Below, piece by piece: positions 42,225-53,373 of a DNA stretch of 64,000 bases; position 1 is the stretch's first letter, and each line of letters begins with the position of its first letter. The position numbers and the translations under genes were made by a program. The stretch lies in contig OY969100.1 of the NCBI GenBank assembly GCA_963697895.1, positions 1,856,001 to 1,920,000 of the forward strand. Reading direction: 5' to 3'. The notes under the pieces were generated by a model that worked only from the letters and a program-made list of their open reading frames with translations, made no database searches and was not told the origin of the DNA. The DNA comes from an uncultured Methanomicrobiales archaeon. GTDB lineage: Archaea; Halobacteriota; Methanomicrobia; Methanomicrobiales; Methanospirillaceae.

Positions 42225-43241
42225 ATGCAATCGAAGATATTATTTGTTTATTTTTTACCGCATCCCTCACACCGGGGATTTGCGGAATCGGTAAATGCCG
42301 ATTTCTGGCACTATAATCATTATTTAAAAAACACACCCCTCCCCAAAATCTTTAAAAGCTCGATCAATGGGATACTCCTCCCAAAGTATGAAGTCTATTT
42401 AACTGAAGGTGGTGCACCGATATCCCCGATCGCAATGAAAAAAATACTCGGGAGCCGATCCGTTCATATCAACCTGATTGCGGACGAGACGTTCATGATG
42501 ATGGAACAGACCCCAGAAGAAATGAAGAATATCTATTCCCCATTCGTCAACATCGCTCATAAAATGGCCTCACGATATATTGATGGTGCTATTGCGGTCT
42601 CAAAAATGGCAAAAGAGAATGCAGAACAGTTTATTGATAAACCTATCCGGATTGTTTATCCCTTTATTGAGGATTCGCTTTATGAACAACTCGGACCGGT
42701 TGAACCTTGTATTCAGGACCATATCGTTCTGTCCATTGGATACGGGAAGCACGCGAAAGGTATGGATATCCTTATCCAAGCATTCAAAATTGTGAAAGAA
42801 CATGTTGAGGATGCTGAAATATATATAATCGGAAAGGACCATCCTGAAGCATGGAATAGGCTAGATAACGTCCATGTATTGGGATTTGTAGATGATCTTA
42901 TTCCGTATTTTTCGAGATCCAGCGTTTTTGTTCAGTCTTCACGTGCGGATACATTTCCAGTTGCAACTCTCGAAAGTATTCGTGCCGGGTTGCCAACAAT
43001 TGTGTCAGATAAAACTGGTACTAAAGAAGTTATTCATGAACTGGGACCCGAATTTGTGCGAAAAGTTCAGTCTGAGGATATTGCAGAAGGGATCCTTCAT
43101 TATTTCGAATTGTCGACTTCGAAGAAGATGGAACTTTCATTAAAATCTAAAAAATTGGGGGCAAAGTTCAATAAAAAGGAGATGTGTGAATTATTTAAAA
43201 AAGAATTCACTTCATTGATACAAATGATAGATGATAATTAA
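42225..43241 (+). CDS. Glycosyltransferase family 4
   Basis: KGMDILI.AF, DTFPVATLES..AGLP. Confidence 0.82.
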   Translation: MQSKILFVYFLPHPSHRGFAESVNADFWHYNHYLKNTPLPKIFKSSINGILLPKYEVYLTEGGAPISPIAMKKILGSRSVHINLIADETFMMMEQTPEEMKNIYSPFVNIAHKMASRYIDGAIAVSKMAKENAEQFIDKPIRIVYPFIEDSLYEQLGPVEPCIQDHIVLSIGYGKHAKGMDILIQAFKIVKEHVEDAEIYIIGKDHPEAWNRLDNVHVLGFVDDLIPYFSRSSVFVQSSRADTFPVATLESIRAGLPTIVSDKTGTKEVIHELGPEFVRKVQSEDIAEGILHYFELSTSKKMELSLKSKKLGAKFNKKEMCELFKKEFTSLIQMIDDN

Positions 43242-43274
43242 TTCCTCTGACTCACTTCTAGCTGAAATGGATTT

Positions 43275-44010
43275 CTATAATTTTATACCAATTCTTCCTG
43301 TATAATCAATTCTATTTAAAAGAATGCGAATATCATTTTCAACGATATATTTATCAACAGACTTCTTTTGCGCCTTGCCAATGCCCGTAGTCATCAATGA
43401 TCAAAATACCATTTGTGCTTAATTTCGGGAATAGGAATAATAATTCATGATAGGTGGATTCAAACCAGTCTGTATCTAGCCTAAGAATTGCTATTTTATC
43501 AGAGATAACACGAGGAATGGTCTCTTCTACCATCCCCTTTATGAATTTTATATTCTCGGTGGGATAATTTGTTGAATAAACATTCTTCATGGTTGTTTCG
43601 AGTGCAGAATAAGCATTGACATCGGATTTTTTGTAGATTTCAATCGCTTTCCGACCTTTTAAATCAATATTTGATTCATCTGCAGGCTTCGGCATACCTT
43701 CAAATGTGTCATATAGATATATCTTTCTCGATGTATTCCCGAATTCGATCAAACTTAATGCACAGAGCATGATGCTTCCGCCTTGCCAGACTCCACATTC
43801 GACAATATCACCTTCAATGTTATTCTTTTCAACGAATTCGATTGACTTATAGAGCGAATACATTCGTTCTTTAGATGTCATAGAATAATTTTTACATTGA
43901 GAAAAAATCTTTGTAAATGTAACGTCATTATCAATGTCGGGATATTGTTTTTCAATACTTGAAACATCATATCCCATTTTGTTCAAAATTCTTTTTAAAA
44001 ATCCTTTCAT
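43275..44010 (-). CDS. TylF/MycF/NovP-family O-methyltransferase (frameshift near 43361)
   Basis: GDIVECGVWQGGS, DTFEGMP, LRLDTDWFEST, IDDYGHW; corrected end AVDKY..RIDYTGRIGIKL*. Confidence 0.85.
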
Positions 44011-44149
44011 ATTATAGTAACTTATTTAAATCAAGTAATTTATTTCATTCGATAGATCTCGGATTTAAGAGAACTAAAGAAAGTGATAACTTTTAAGTTA
44101 TTTCTTTTAAAAAAATTCATACTAATGAATATCGCAATTAGAATCACTT

Positions 44150-44962
44150 TTATTCTATTTTTTTTGCTTTCATTGTCATTTCAAATACTTTATTAGGTAT
44201 TTCTGGAAATTTAGAGAATTTTTCAGGGTATTTTTCACGAGTAAAAATCGCACAGAGGGTATTCGATACATGATAAAGATTTGTCCTGAATTCCTCTGGG
44301 CATCCTGCTAAAATTCCGGCAACTGTTTCCCACTTAATGTGTTCGGGCGTAAAACCATAATCATGCCAAACAATTATAGAATTTTCATCTTTCAGCAATT
44401 TAAAGGCATTTCTAGTATCTGATTCAATCGCATATTTACTATGATCACCATCGATAAATATCATGTCAAATTTTTTATTTAACAAATTAAAATTATACAA
44501 AGTAGAATCCGCCTCAATATACTCCACATTCTTGAGATTTTTCGAGAAAAAATTTACATTATCAATAATGCTATTTCGATAACCCATTTTAACCATTTCT
44601 TCCTTCGATAGGCTGATTGAATAACAAAAATCGGCTATTTCGGCAACATTAGCAATGCTCTCACCTCTCCATGTGCCAATTTCTAAATATTGACAATGAG
44701 GAAACTTCTTGGCAAACGATTTTAGTAATGCATAATCGATAGGGGTGGAACCATCACTCAGCATACTCAGGGGATAAACGGTTTCCGAGAAATATGGAAA
44801 CAAATCTAAAAGGTCTACGGTTGGAAATCCTTTAGGATAACCGTATGTGGTTTTTACATAATGCGCATAATCTGTGTCGTCTTGGTTTAAGACCAAGGCA
44901 ATCTTTCGGGGGTTTCGAATTAATTCTCGTGATATCTGAGTTATATGATGGAATCTGAACAT
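44150..44962 (-). CDS. Class I SAM-dependent methyltransferase (Methyltransf_24-like)
   Basis: LEIGTWRGES, FIDGDH, IVWHDY. Confidence 0.8.
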   Translation of the reverse strand: MFRFHHITQISRELIRNPRKIALVLNQDDTDYAHYVKTTYGYPKGFPTVDLLDLFPYFSETVYPLSMLSDGSTPIDYALLKSFAKKFPHCQYLEIGTWRGESIANVAEIADFCYSISLSKEEMVKMGYRNSIIDNVNFFSKNLKNVEYIEADSTLYNFNLLNKKFDMIFIDGDHSKYAIESDTRNAFKLLKDENSIIVWHDYGFTPEHIKWETVAGILAGCPEEFRTNLYHVSNTLCAIFTREKYPEKFSKFPEIPNKVFEMTMKAKKIE

Positions 44963-45129
44963 TGTTTCTCCAAAATAGGTATCTAAATCCTTCGATTTAT
45001 ACTGTTGGAATTAGTTGATTATGCATTAGATAATACTCAACATGCTCAAATTAAAATTCCCAAAATACGTTTAGGATGATATCGTATATGATTAAACCAA
45101 TGAAATACAAAGTTGAATTGTGAATCGAT

Positions 45130-46266
45130 ATTAGAATACTGCTAATACATTCGGCGAAATGGGAAGAGCTTACCGGAATAAGGACACATATTTGTAATCT
45201 TGCACAAGCCCTGACGAGAAGAGGTCATCATGTAACAATAATCATGCGCAGCAGAATAGCCTCGGGATTTTCAGAAGGTGGAGTGCAGTTTGTGCTTGTT
45301 TCCACAATATACCAATTTTATAAGAATATCCGAGAAGAGAAAGGACGTGCAGATATAACTCATTGTCACGATTTGCTATCCGTATTCGCCTGTCTTCCGC
45401 GATGGCATTCTAAGTACATCTATACAAACCATTCAGTGCTCGTGGATCCCGAATTTCATTTAAGTTACTACGAATGGCAGCATAGGGAAAAGCTGGCATT
45501 AAAAGAAAAAGCAAAATTTGCACTTATAACATTGGTAGGGCGTTATTTACTCCGCGATATGCAGACAATTGCCGTGAGTAATTTTATCAGCGTAAAATTA
45601 TCGAAGATATACCATGTTCCAGAGGCACATATTGTTGTCATTCACAATGGTGTGAATCCGAATGATTTCCTGGATAAGCATTCATTGAAAATCAAAACAG
45701 AATGCTGTACCGTTCTCTTTCTCAAACCAAACGACACGCGAAAAGGGTTTCATCACCTTGTGGAGGCAATACCTCGGGTGTTAGCAGAAAATCCTGACAC
45801 AAGGTTTATTGTTGCAGGTTCAGATGCAGCTGGCGATTATAGGATATATATTCATGATTTGTTGGAAAAATACAATATTACTAACAAAGTAATATTCACG
45901 GGTAATGTTCCTTTCTCCGAATTGATTTCCTTGTATCAATCTGCTACTATTGTTACGATGCCTTCTGTTTATGAAGCATTTGGAATTGTCGCACTTGAAG
46001 CTGGGGTCAGCGGAAAACCAGTTGTCGCTTCGGATGTGGGGGGAATCGGAGAAATCATTATCCATGGGAAAACCGGGTGTCTAGTGAATACGAAAGATCC
46101 CTCTGTTTTTGCCAATACGATGTTAAAATTGTTACAGAATTCATCCCTGCGTGAGGAAATGGGGAAAAATGCAAAGAGAAGAATTCAAGAAAATTTTACA
46201 TGGGAAAAAATAAGTGGGGATGTTGAACGGGTTTATCAAAAGGTCATCGATCTGAAGCGACAATGA
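45130..46266 (+). CDS. Glycosyltransferase family 4 (true start upstream of ORF 45244, unclear)
   Basis: In-frame IRILLIH..GIRTHI.NLA.AL..RGHHV upstream of 45244; EAFGIVALEA..GKPVV. Confidence 0.8.
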   Translation: MRILLIHSAKWEELTGIRTHICNLAQALTRRGHHVTIIMRSRIASGFSEGGVQFVLVSTIYQFYKNIREEKGRADITHCHDLLSVFACLPRWHSKYIYTNHSVLVDPEFHLSYYEWQHREKLALKEKAKFALITLVGRYLLRDMQTIAVSNFISVKLSKIYHVPEAHIVVIHNGVNPNDFLDKHSLKIKTECCTVLFLKPNDTRKGFHHLVEAIPRVLAENPDTRFIVAGSDAAGDYRIYIHDLLEKYNITNKVIFTGNVPFSELISLYQSATIVTMPSVYEAFGIVALEAGVSGKPVVASDVGGIGEIIIHGKTGCLVNTKDPSVFANTMLKLLQNSSLREEMGKNAKRRIQENFTWEKISGDVERVYQKVIDLKRQ

Positions 46267-46311
46267 AACAGAAAGATACGTTCCCCATAGAGAGCACTTA
46301 TAATCCTCAAA

Positions 46312-48915
46312 ATGCCAGATAAATATGAGAGCATGGTTTCCGATACATCTTATGCGAAATATCAAAAATACATCATCCCCATCATTCTGGTAATTCTGGC
46401 AATTTTTGCGCTTTGGATCCGGTTACTTCCTGCGATACAGCTTGGACAGGGTGACCCGCTGAACATCACAGGAAGCGATGACCCATTGTATAATCTAAGG
46501 CAGATCGAGCTGATGGTCAGACAGTTCCCTGCCTACCCGTGGTTTGACCCGATGACCTACTATCCCTTTGGAAACACCGTCCATTGGGGACCCTTGTTCA
46601 TCCTGATATCATCGTCAGTTGTGCTCATTGCAGGGGCAGCGGCCACCCGTACTGAACTGATTTCAGTGGCACTGGTTGTGGCACCCATAATGGCCGCGGT
46701 GATGATCCCGATCATGTACCTGTTGGTGAGGAGACTTGCAGATTGGAAGGCAGGACTCATCGCGGCGCTTTTTATCACGGTCATCTCCGGTCAGTACTTC
46801 TTCCGGTCCCTCTACGGGTATCTCGATCACCATATCGCCGAAGTCCTGTTTGGCGTTCTTTTCATTTTCCTGTACATATATGCGCTTCAATCGGTTCGCA
46901 AAAACAAAATCGATCTTCGGAAATGGGAAACCCTGAAGATGCCCATCTTATATTCGATACCCGCCGGCATCGCATATATCCTCGGGCTGGCCACGATGCC
47001 GACGATGATCCTGTTTGCCCTCCTTATCACGATCTTTACAGTATTCCAGTTTATATGGGATTTTTACCGTCACCGCACTGGAGAATACCTGGTACTCATC
47101 AATACCGTGGTATTTCTCTTGGCGATTCTCGGATTTTTCCTGATCGGGCAGCATGATACTGCGCTACAGTTTATCACCTACTCCATAGTTCACCCGATCG
47201 CATATCTCCTCGTGATACTGGGGACCATCTTTTTGTTCCTTTTAAGCCGGTTTTTGACCGGGAAAAAGGAGTATTACTATCCCCTCACGATCATTGCGAT
47301 TGGAATTGTAGGAGCTCTGCTTCTCTATGTGATATCCCCCCAGTTATTTGGAAGTATTTTTAACGGTCTTAGTTTGTTTTTCGCGCAGAGTTCTGGGTTT
47401 CTAACCATCCAGGAAGCAAGATCATGGACCCTCGTGGATGCGTGGGGGGCATTTAATTATGGCCTCATCCTGATGGCCCTTGGGTTTGTCGTCCTTCTAT
47501 ACCAGTTGTGGAAGAATAAACGGGAAGAACACCTGCTGGTGTTGATCTGGTCGGTGGTAATGCTCTATGCAACCATACAGCATGTCCGGTATGAGTATTA
47601 CCTTGCCGCAAATATCGCAATCCTCGGGGCAATTGCAGTCGGATTTGTCATCAACTATACGTGGAAAGATGTAAAAGCGCTCTTCGTGAAATCACCTCCC
47701 CCGGAAGCAAAAGAGGCGGAGTCCAAACCGAAGAGCCCCCTGAAAAAGAGGAAAGAAGCCCAGAAAGCAAAGAAACCAAAGACGAATTACGTGAACGTGA
47801 TCCTGTTTACGATCGTCCTTATCCTTTCCGCCCTGTTCGTGGTTACATCGGTGAACATGGAGTACCAGGTCGGTACCGGAGGCGCGATTCACATGAATCC
47901 TGACTGGCGGGAATCGCTCGAGTGGATGAATACCAACACCCCGGATCCGGGCATCGATTATTACAAGGAATATTCAGCAACAAATTTCACCTATCCCCCC
48001 CAGTCGTACGGGGTCATGTCCTGGTGGGATTACGGCCACATGATCACGTTTATTGCCAAGCGGATCCCGAACGCGAACCCGTTCCAGGAAGGAGCGGGCG
48101 GTCCGAACAGTTCGTCCACGTTCTTCATCACCCAGTCGGAGGATACCGCAAATGACGTCCTCGACGCTCTAGGGACAAAATACGTCATCACCGACATCGA
48201 GATGGATACCCTGAAGTTCTGGGCAATGGCCACCTGGTATAACTCCACGCTCGGGGCATCCCCCTATCAGCAGCCCTTCCTCGTCCCGAGCCAGTCCGAC
48301 CCGAACAGCCTGGAACAGGCGACGCTTTACACCCCGGCCTACTACGAGACGACCATCTCCCGGCTCCATAACTTCGACGGGTCGCTGACCGATGCCGGAC
48401 AGGTCTACTACATCCAGTATACCCTGCCCGAGGCAGCGAATCAGCCATACCCGGTGATCACCGGTGTCCAGCAGATGAACGCGACTGCAGCACAGGAAGC
48501 AGCCGACAGGTATAACAGCAATGCACCTGCGGGAACCCGGGCGGGAGTGTTCGGAACCAACGTATTCCAGCCGGCCGATACGGTTCCGGCCCTCAGCCAC
48601 TACCGTCTCGTCCACGAATCTCCCAGCAACGTGGTGAGTGGTGGCGGCGCCGACGTGAAATACGTGAAGGTCTTCGAGTACGTGCCGGGAGCGAAGATCA
48701 AGGGAGAAGGCGTCATCGAGATCCCGCTGGTGTCGAATACCGGCCGGCAGTTCACCTACCGGCAGGAGAGCGTGAACGGGGAGTTCGTCGTGCCCTATTC
48801 AACCACTGGGAACCCGTATGATGTCAAAGCCACAGGTAAATACCGGATCGTCGGGACCGGCGCGGAGTTTGATGTCAGCGAGGACGCGATCCAGAACGGC
48901 CTGCAGATCAACTGA
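46312..48915 (+). CDS. aglB: Oligosaccharyltransferase
   Basis: Many TM segments, DPLYNLR, DHH, TIQE, SWWDYGH, NPFQ. Confidence 0.93.
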   Translation: MPDKYESMVSDTSYAKYQKYIIPIILVILAIFALWIRLLPAIQLGQGDPLNITGSDDPLYNLRQIELMVRQFPAYPWFDPMTYYPFGNTVHWGPLFILISSSVVLIAGAAATRTELISVALVVAPIMAAVMIPIMYLLVRRLADWKAGLIAALFITVISGQYFFRSLYGYLDHHIAEVLFGVLFIFLYIYALQSVRKNKIDLRKWETLKMPILYSIPAGIAYILGLATMPTMILFALLITIFTVFQFIWDFYRHRTGEYLVLINTVVFLLAILGFFLIGQHDTALQFITYSIVHPIAYLLVILGTIFLFLLSRFLTGKKEYYYPLTIIAIGIVGALLLYVISPQLFGSIFNGLSLFFAQSSGFLTIQEARSWTLVDAWGAFNYGLILMALGFVVLLYQLWKNKREEHLLVLIWSVVMLYATIQHVRYEYYLAANIAILGAIAVGFVINYTWKDVKALFVKSPPPEAKEAESKPKSPLKKRKEAQKAKKPKTNYVNVILFTIVLILSALFVVTSVNMEYQVGTGGAIHMNPDWRESLEWMNTNTPDPGIDYYKEYSATNFTYPPQSYGVMSWWDYGHMITFIAKRIPNANPFQEGAGGPNSSSTFFITQSEDTANDVLDALGTKYVITDIEMDTLKFWAMATWYNSTLGASPYQQPFLVPSQSDPNSLEQATLYTPAYYETTISRLHNFDGSLTDAGQVYYIQYTLPEAANQPYPVITGVQQMNATAAQEAADRYNSNAPAGTRAGVFGTNVFQPADTVPALSHYRLVHESPSNVVSGGGADVKYVKVFEYVPGAKIKGEGVIEIPLVSNTGRQFTYRQESVNGEFVVPYSTTGNPYDVKATGKYRIVGTGAEFDVSEDAIQNGLQIN

Positions 48916-48941
48916 GGAGGCTCCCTCCTCTTTTTCATTTC

Positions 48942-49919
48942 ATGACAGACAAGTGCACGGTCATTTACGGGGATATCTTTGCCAAGCACGACATGGACCT
49001 GCACCGGGAGTCCAGCAACCGTATTCGCCTCGCAATAGAAGGTGTCCCCGAAGGGATCACCCATCTCGAGCCCAAATCCGCATCCATCGACGACCTGGAA
49101 CGGGTGCATCATCCCGCCTATATCCGGATGATCCAGGACCTCTGTTCCTACGGGGAACGGCGCTATATCGATATGAACACCTTTGTTACCGCCGACTCAT
49201 TCGAGGTGGCGTCCTCTGCGGCGGGTGCAACGATCCAGGCAGCGGAACGGGCCTCGACCGGGGAGCACTCCTTTGCCCTTGTCCGGCCCCCCGGACATCA
49301 CGCAGAACCGGACCGGGCGATGGGATTCTGCCTCTTTAACAATGCCGCAATCGCGGCGGCAAAGGCGCTCGACTGGATCGAGCGGGTAGCGATCGTCGAC
49401 TGGGACCTCCACCACGGGAACGGGACCCAGAAGATCTTTTATGGGAGCGACCGGGTGCTCTACTGCTCGATCCACCAGGGGAACATCTTCCCGCGGACCG
49501 GATGGGTCGACGAGATCGGGGAAGGAAAGGGGAGGGGATTCACCATCAATGCGCCGATCAGGGCGGGTGCGACCATTGCGGATTATCGTCTCATCTTCGA
49601 CGAAGTGTTCCGTACTGCAATCGAGGATTTCAAACCGGGCCTTCTGATCGTCTCGGCCGGCCAGGACCCTCTCATCGACGACCCGCTTGAAAGCATGCGT
49701 CTTAACCCCCCCGATTTTGGCATTCTAACCAGAATACTCATGGAAGCAGCCGGACGCCCCCTCGCCCTTGTCCTGGAAGGCGGGTATGGCCCCTCGCTTG
49801 GCCATGCAACGGGACACATTTTTCGTGCGTTACAGGGGGAGGTCACTGAAATACCGGAACTCTCCGCCCGTGACAGTACCGTGAGGCTCGTCCGTGATCT
49901 GAAGAAGATCGTTGTGTAG
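48942..49919 (+). CDS. Histone deacetylase family protein
   Basis: RPPGHHA, GFCLFNN, DWDLHHGNGTQ, LEGGY. Confidence 0.92.
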   Translation: MTDKCTVIYGDIFAKHDMDLHRESSNRIRLAIEGVPEGITHLEPKSASIDDLERVHHPAYIRMIQDLCSYGERRYIDMNTFVTADSFEVASSAAGATIQAAERASTGEHSFALVRPPGHHAEPDRAMGFCLFNNAAIAAAKALDWIERVAIVDWDLHHGNGTQKIFYGSDRVLYCSIHQGNIFPRTGWVDEIGEGKGRGFTINAPIRAGATIADYRLIFDEVFRTAIEDFKPGLLIVSAGQDPLIDDPLESMRLNPPDFGILTRILMEAAGRPLALVLEGGYGPSLGHATGHIFRALQGEVTEIPELSARDSTVRLVRDLKKIVV

Positions 49920-49962
49920 TCGGATGATACCTTTATGGTCAGGATAGCACTGATCTCCATGC

Positions 49963-50256
49963 ATGCAGGCTGCAGAGATCGCGGTCGGAATGAAGGTCCG
50001 GTATTCGCGCACGGGAACCACGGGGACCGTCGTCCGGATCGAGGAGGAACAGGGGAGCCTCTTTGCAGAGATCGACACCACCCATCTCTTCTACCGGGTC
50101 GATCAGCTCTCCCGTGCCGGTGCCACCGAAAAGAAACAGGAGAAGAAGCACGAGGATCTGATCGAACAGCTCGAAAAAGAGAGGGAATATGTTTCCGGGG
50201 CCGGTTTTGCCGAGGCAATCAGCCACTCGGACCAGAGCTGCGAGGGCGGGGGCTAA
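49963..50256 (+). CDS. DUF2098-type conserved methanogen protein
   Basis: VRY.RTGT.G N-terminus, C-terminal CEGGG. Confidence 0.65.
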   Translation: MQAAEIAVGMKVRYSRTGTTGTVVRIEEEQGSLFAEIDTTHLFYRVDQLSRAGATEKKQEKKHEDLIEQLEKEREYVSGAGFAEAISHSDQSCEGGG

Positions 50257-50675
50257 TCCGAGACCGTTATGGTGGTCAGTTTCACCGACTCAACCCCTTT
50301 TTGCGACATAAGGCGTTCTGCAAGCGTCTTTAATTGAGAGCCGTCACCCCGGACCAGGATGACTTCCAGGCAGCGATCATGGGTGACATGCGAGTGCAGT
50401 GATGCCTGGATGATGCTCATGAATTCATGCTGGATATCGGTCAGCGTGGTGAGAAGACCCCGTTGCTCATGGTCGTATATCATGGTGATGACGCCCTGCC
50501 GTTCTCCCTTGACGTCGGACATCCACTTATAATACTGGATATAATTCCGGATCGCATCCCGGATGCCTTCCGATCGGGAGGAATATCCCCGGTAATTAAT
50601 GATCTCATCGAATTTATCCAGAAGGTTCTTGGGAAGGGATATTCCTATTCGTGAAAGCTCCGTGTCCATAGTCAT
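50253..50675 (-). CDS. nikR: Nickel-responsive regulator
   Basis: RIGISLP, SRSEGIRD, YDH, HSH..H.CLE. Confidence 0.93.
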   Translation of the reverse strand: MTMDTELSRIGISLPKNLLDKFDEIINYRGYSSRSEGIRDAIRNYIQYYKWMSDVKGERQGVITMIYDHEQRGLLTTLTDIQHEFMSIIQASLHSHVTHDRCLEVILVRGDGSQLKTLAERLMSQKGVESVKLTTITVSD

Positions 50676-50970
50676 ACGAGAATCCTCTTTCTCCTGTATC
50701 TGTTCATCCTTCACTTTTAACCTTTCGAAGATCCGGAGAGGTTCCGTAATACTTGGTATGAAATTCAGGATGATCGACTGCTGCCCGGTCCTTTTCATAC
50801 CTTTTATACATAAAAGGCAGATTATATTACCTTGTACACCACAGTTATAAAAAGAAGTCCGGATATCACATCCATATCGAACGGTTATATCTCATCGAAT
50901 TGAGAAATAATCCCCATTATGAGTATATTCAGGACCAAGCACCCGGGGGAGAAGGAGGTCGGAATTATCC

Positions 50971-52206
50971 GTGCATGATGCAACCATTCCCAGTGTCAAT
51001 ATCGGGGTCGTAGGCCATGTCGATCATGGGAAGACTACGCTGGTATATGGCCTGACGGAAAACTGGACAGATCGGCATAGCGAAGAGATCAAGAGAGGTA
51101 TCTCCATCCGGCTCGGATATGCAGATGCGATCTTCTACCGGTGCGAAGGGTGTCAGGGATCCGATGCCTATACGTCGAAGGCAGCCTGCCCTGCCTGCGG
51201 ATCCAAGCCCGTTCCGTTCCGTGCCGTCTCGTTCGTGGATGCACCGGGGCACGAGACTCTCATGGCGACCATGCTCTCGGGATCTGCGCTGATGGATGGA
51301 GCGATGCTGGTTATTGCCGCCAACGAACCCTGTCCTCAGCCGCAGACAAAGGAGCACCTGATGGCGCTCGAGCTGGTCGGCATCAATCGGATCGTGATCG
51401 TCCAGAACAAGATCGATGTGGTCAGCCAGAAAGACGCAAAACTCCATTATGAACAGATAAAAAAGTTCATTAAAGGGACCATTGCAGAGAAGGCTCCGAT
51501 TATTCCCGTCTCTGCGCAACGGAATATAAACCTCGGGGCACTTATTGAGGCACTTGATGAGACCATCCCCGAACCGGAACGGGATCCCGAAGCCGAACCC
51601 ATGATGCTGATCGCCCGTTCCTTTGACATAAATAAGCCGGGATGCAACTGGAAAGAGATCAAAGGAGGGGTAATCGGGGGATCGCTCATCCGTGGCGTAT
51701 TGAAAGAAGGCGATGATATCGAGATCCGACCGGGCCGACAGACCCAGGTGGAGAACCGGATCCGTTGGGAGCCTATCGAGACGAAGATCACCACGATAAA
51801 TGCCGGTTCCAAAAAGGTCACCGACGCTGCACCAGGGGGCCTTCTCGGCGTGGGGACGAAACTGGATCCGGCACTGACGAAGAGCGATGCGCTTGCAGGT
51901 CAGGTAGCAGGCCACGTGGGTGCCCTTCCCCCGGTCTGGGATAAACTGAAGTTCCATGTCACCCTCATGGAGCGGGTTGTCGGATCCAGCAGCGAACTGG
52001 TGATCGAACCTTTGAAACACCATGAACCACTCATGCTTTCCGTGGGGACCGCAGTCACGGTCGGTGTGGTCACCAATACGAAGAAGGACACGGTTGAGGT
52101 ATCCCTGAAAAGGCCGGTATGTGCAGAAGTGGGGGCACGGATCGCGATCAGCCGGCAGGTCGGAGCACGGTGGCGCTTAATCGGGATGGGAGTGCTGACC
52201 GAGTGA
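50971..52206 (+). CDS. eif2g: Translation initiation factor 2 gamma subunit
   Basis: [34 protein letters not shown]. Confidence 0.96.
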   Translation: MHDATIPSVNIGVVGHVDHGKTTLVYGLTENWTDRHSEEIKRGISIRLGYADAIFYRCEGCQGSDAYTSKAACPACGSKPVPFRAVSFVDAPGHETLMATMLSGSALMDGAMLVIAANEPCPQPQTKEHLMALELVGINRIVIVQNKIDVVSQKDAKLHYEQIKKFIKGTIAEKAPIIPVSAQRNINLGALIEALDETIPEPERDPEAEPMMLIARSFDINKPGCNWKEIKGGVIGGSLIRGVLKEGDDIEIRPGRQTQVENRIRWEPIETKITTINAGSKKVTDAAPGGLLGVGTKLDPALTKSDALAGQVAGHVGALPPVWDKLKFHVTLMERVVGSSSELVIEPLKHHEPLMLSVGTAVTVGVVTNTKKDTVEVSLKRPVCAEVGARIAISRQVGARWRLIGMGVLTE

Positions 52207-52583
52207 AGGTCCTCCTGGATGCCAATGCGCTCATGATGCCCGCACAATTCAGGATCGACCTCTTTAGCGAATTACGGGAACTTGTCGGGAAGCCGGAACC
52301 TCTCGTGATTCAGGCGGTAATCGACGAGCTGAAAGGGCTTGCCCGGGGAAGGGGTTCCGGGGGTGGAGCCGCCCGGTTCGGCCTGACCCTGGTTGAACGG
52401 TGCTCGGTTGTGGAGAGCGGGTCTCCCGGTTCGGCAGTCGATCAACAGATCCTTGGCTGTGCGAAGCGGTCGGGGTGTATGGTATTAACGAATGACAGAA
52501 AGCTCAGGAAAGCCCTTCTGACGGAGGGTATAACCGTTATATCATTGAAAAACCAGAAAACACTGGGAATGATGAGACAATAG
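52203..52583 (+). CDS. PIN-domain nuclease (Fcf1/Utp24-like)
   Basis: [18 protein letters not shown]; conserved position after eIF2gamma. Confidence 0.85.
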   Translation: MKVLLDANALMMPAQFRIDLFSELRELVGKPEPLVIQAVIDELKGLARGRGSGGGAARFGLTLVERCSVVESGSPGSAVDQQILGCAKRSGCMVLTNDRKLRKALLTEGITVISLKNQKTLGMMRQ

Positions 52584-52591
52584 GTGGGAAT

Positions 52592-53186
52592 ATGTATTAC
52601 CGAATGAAGCTTGAGGACAAAGTGCGTGTACCGCCTCACCGGTTGGGGGAGGAGTTATCCCGGGTCATTCTGGACGTGCTGCAGGAGCAGGCTCGAAGGG
52701 AGCATCGACAAGGAGATCGGTGTATTCATCGCGATAACGAAAGTGCTGGACATCGGAGAAGGGGAACTGGTACCGGGGGACGGGGCAGTCTATTACGATG
52801 TGACTTTTGAAGGGGTTGTTCTCCGCCTTTCCCTTCAGGAAGTGATCGAAGGGCTGGTGGTGGAAACAACCAGTTTTGGTGCCTTTGTGAGCCTGGGTCC
52901 CATAGATGCAATGCTCCATGTGAGCCAGATATCGGATGAATATATCAATTATGATGAGAAGAATGCCCGGCTTATCTGCCAGGAATCAAAACGTTTTATC
53001 GGTGTCGGAGAAACTGTCAGGTCACGGGTGGTCACCCTCTCCCTGAATGAACGGGAACCCCGGGACAGTAAAATCGGTCTGACAATGCGACAATCGGGAC
53101 TTGGCACCGCACGCTGGCTGGAAGAGGACATGCAGAAAGATAAGGACCGGGATAAGGAGAAAGGTGGTGAACGTGGCCGTATCTAA
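52592..53186 (+). CDS. rpoE1: RNA polymerase subunit E' (Rpo7) (frameshift near 52690)
   Basis: DKVRVPP; then GDGAVY, LLHVSQI-like MLHVSQISD, KIGLTMRQ.GLG. Confidence 0.9.
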
Positions 53187-53373
53187 AAAGAAGATCCACG
53201 TCTGCCGGGAGTGTCACCGGGTGGTCGAAGGCGAGAGTTGCGCACTCTGTGGTACTACCAACCTCTCCTCCGACTGGGCCGGGTACCTGGTCATCATAGA
53301 CCCCGAGCACTCGGAGATCGCCAAGAGAATGAATATCAAACTTCCCGGCAGGTATGCGCTGAAGGTCCGTTGA
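53173..53373 (+). CDS. spt4: Transcription elongation factor Spt4 (RpoE'')
   Basis: CREC..CALC..SSDWAG..IDPE.SEIA..PGRYALKVR. Confidence 0.92.
   Translation: MAVSKKKIHVCRECHRVVEGESCALCGTTNLSSDWAGYLVIIDPEHSEIAKRMNIKLPGRYALKVR

Noticed and set aside
45100-45243. In-frame TGA (45121) recoding in the GT4 N-terminus
   Set aside because: Not a catalytic position and no SECIS seen; an indel after GTG at 45120 or an atypical start explains it more simply.
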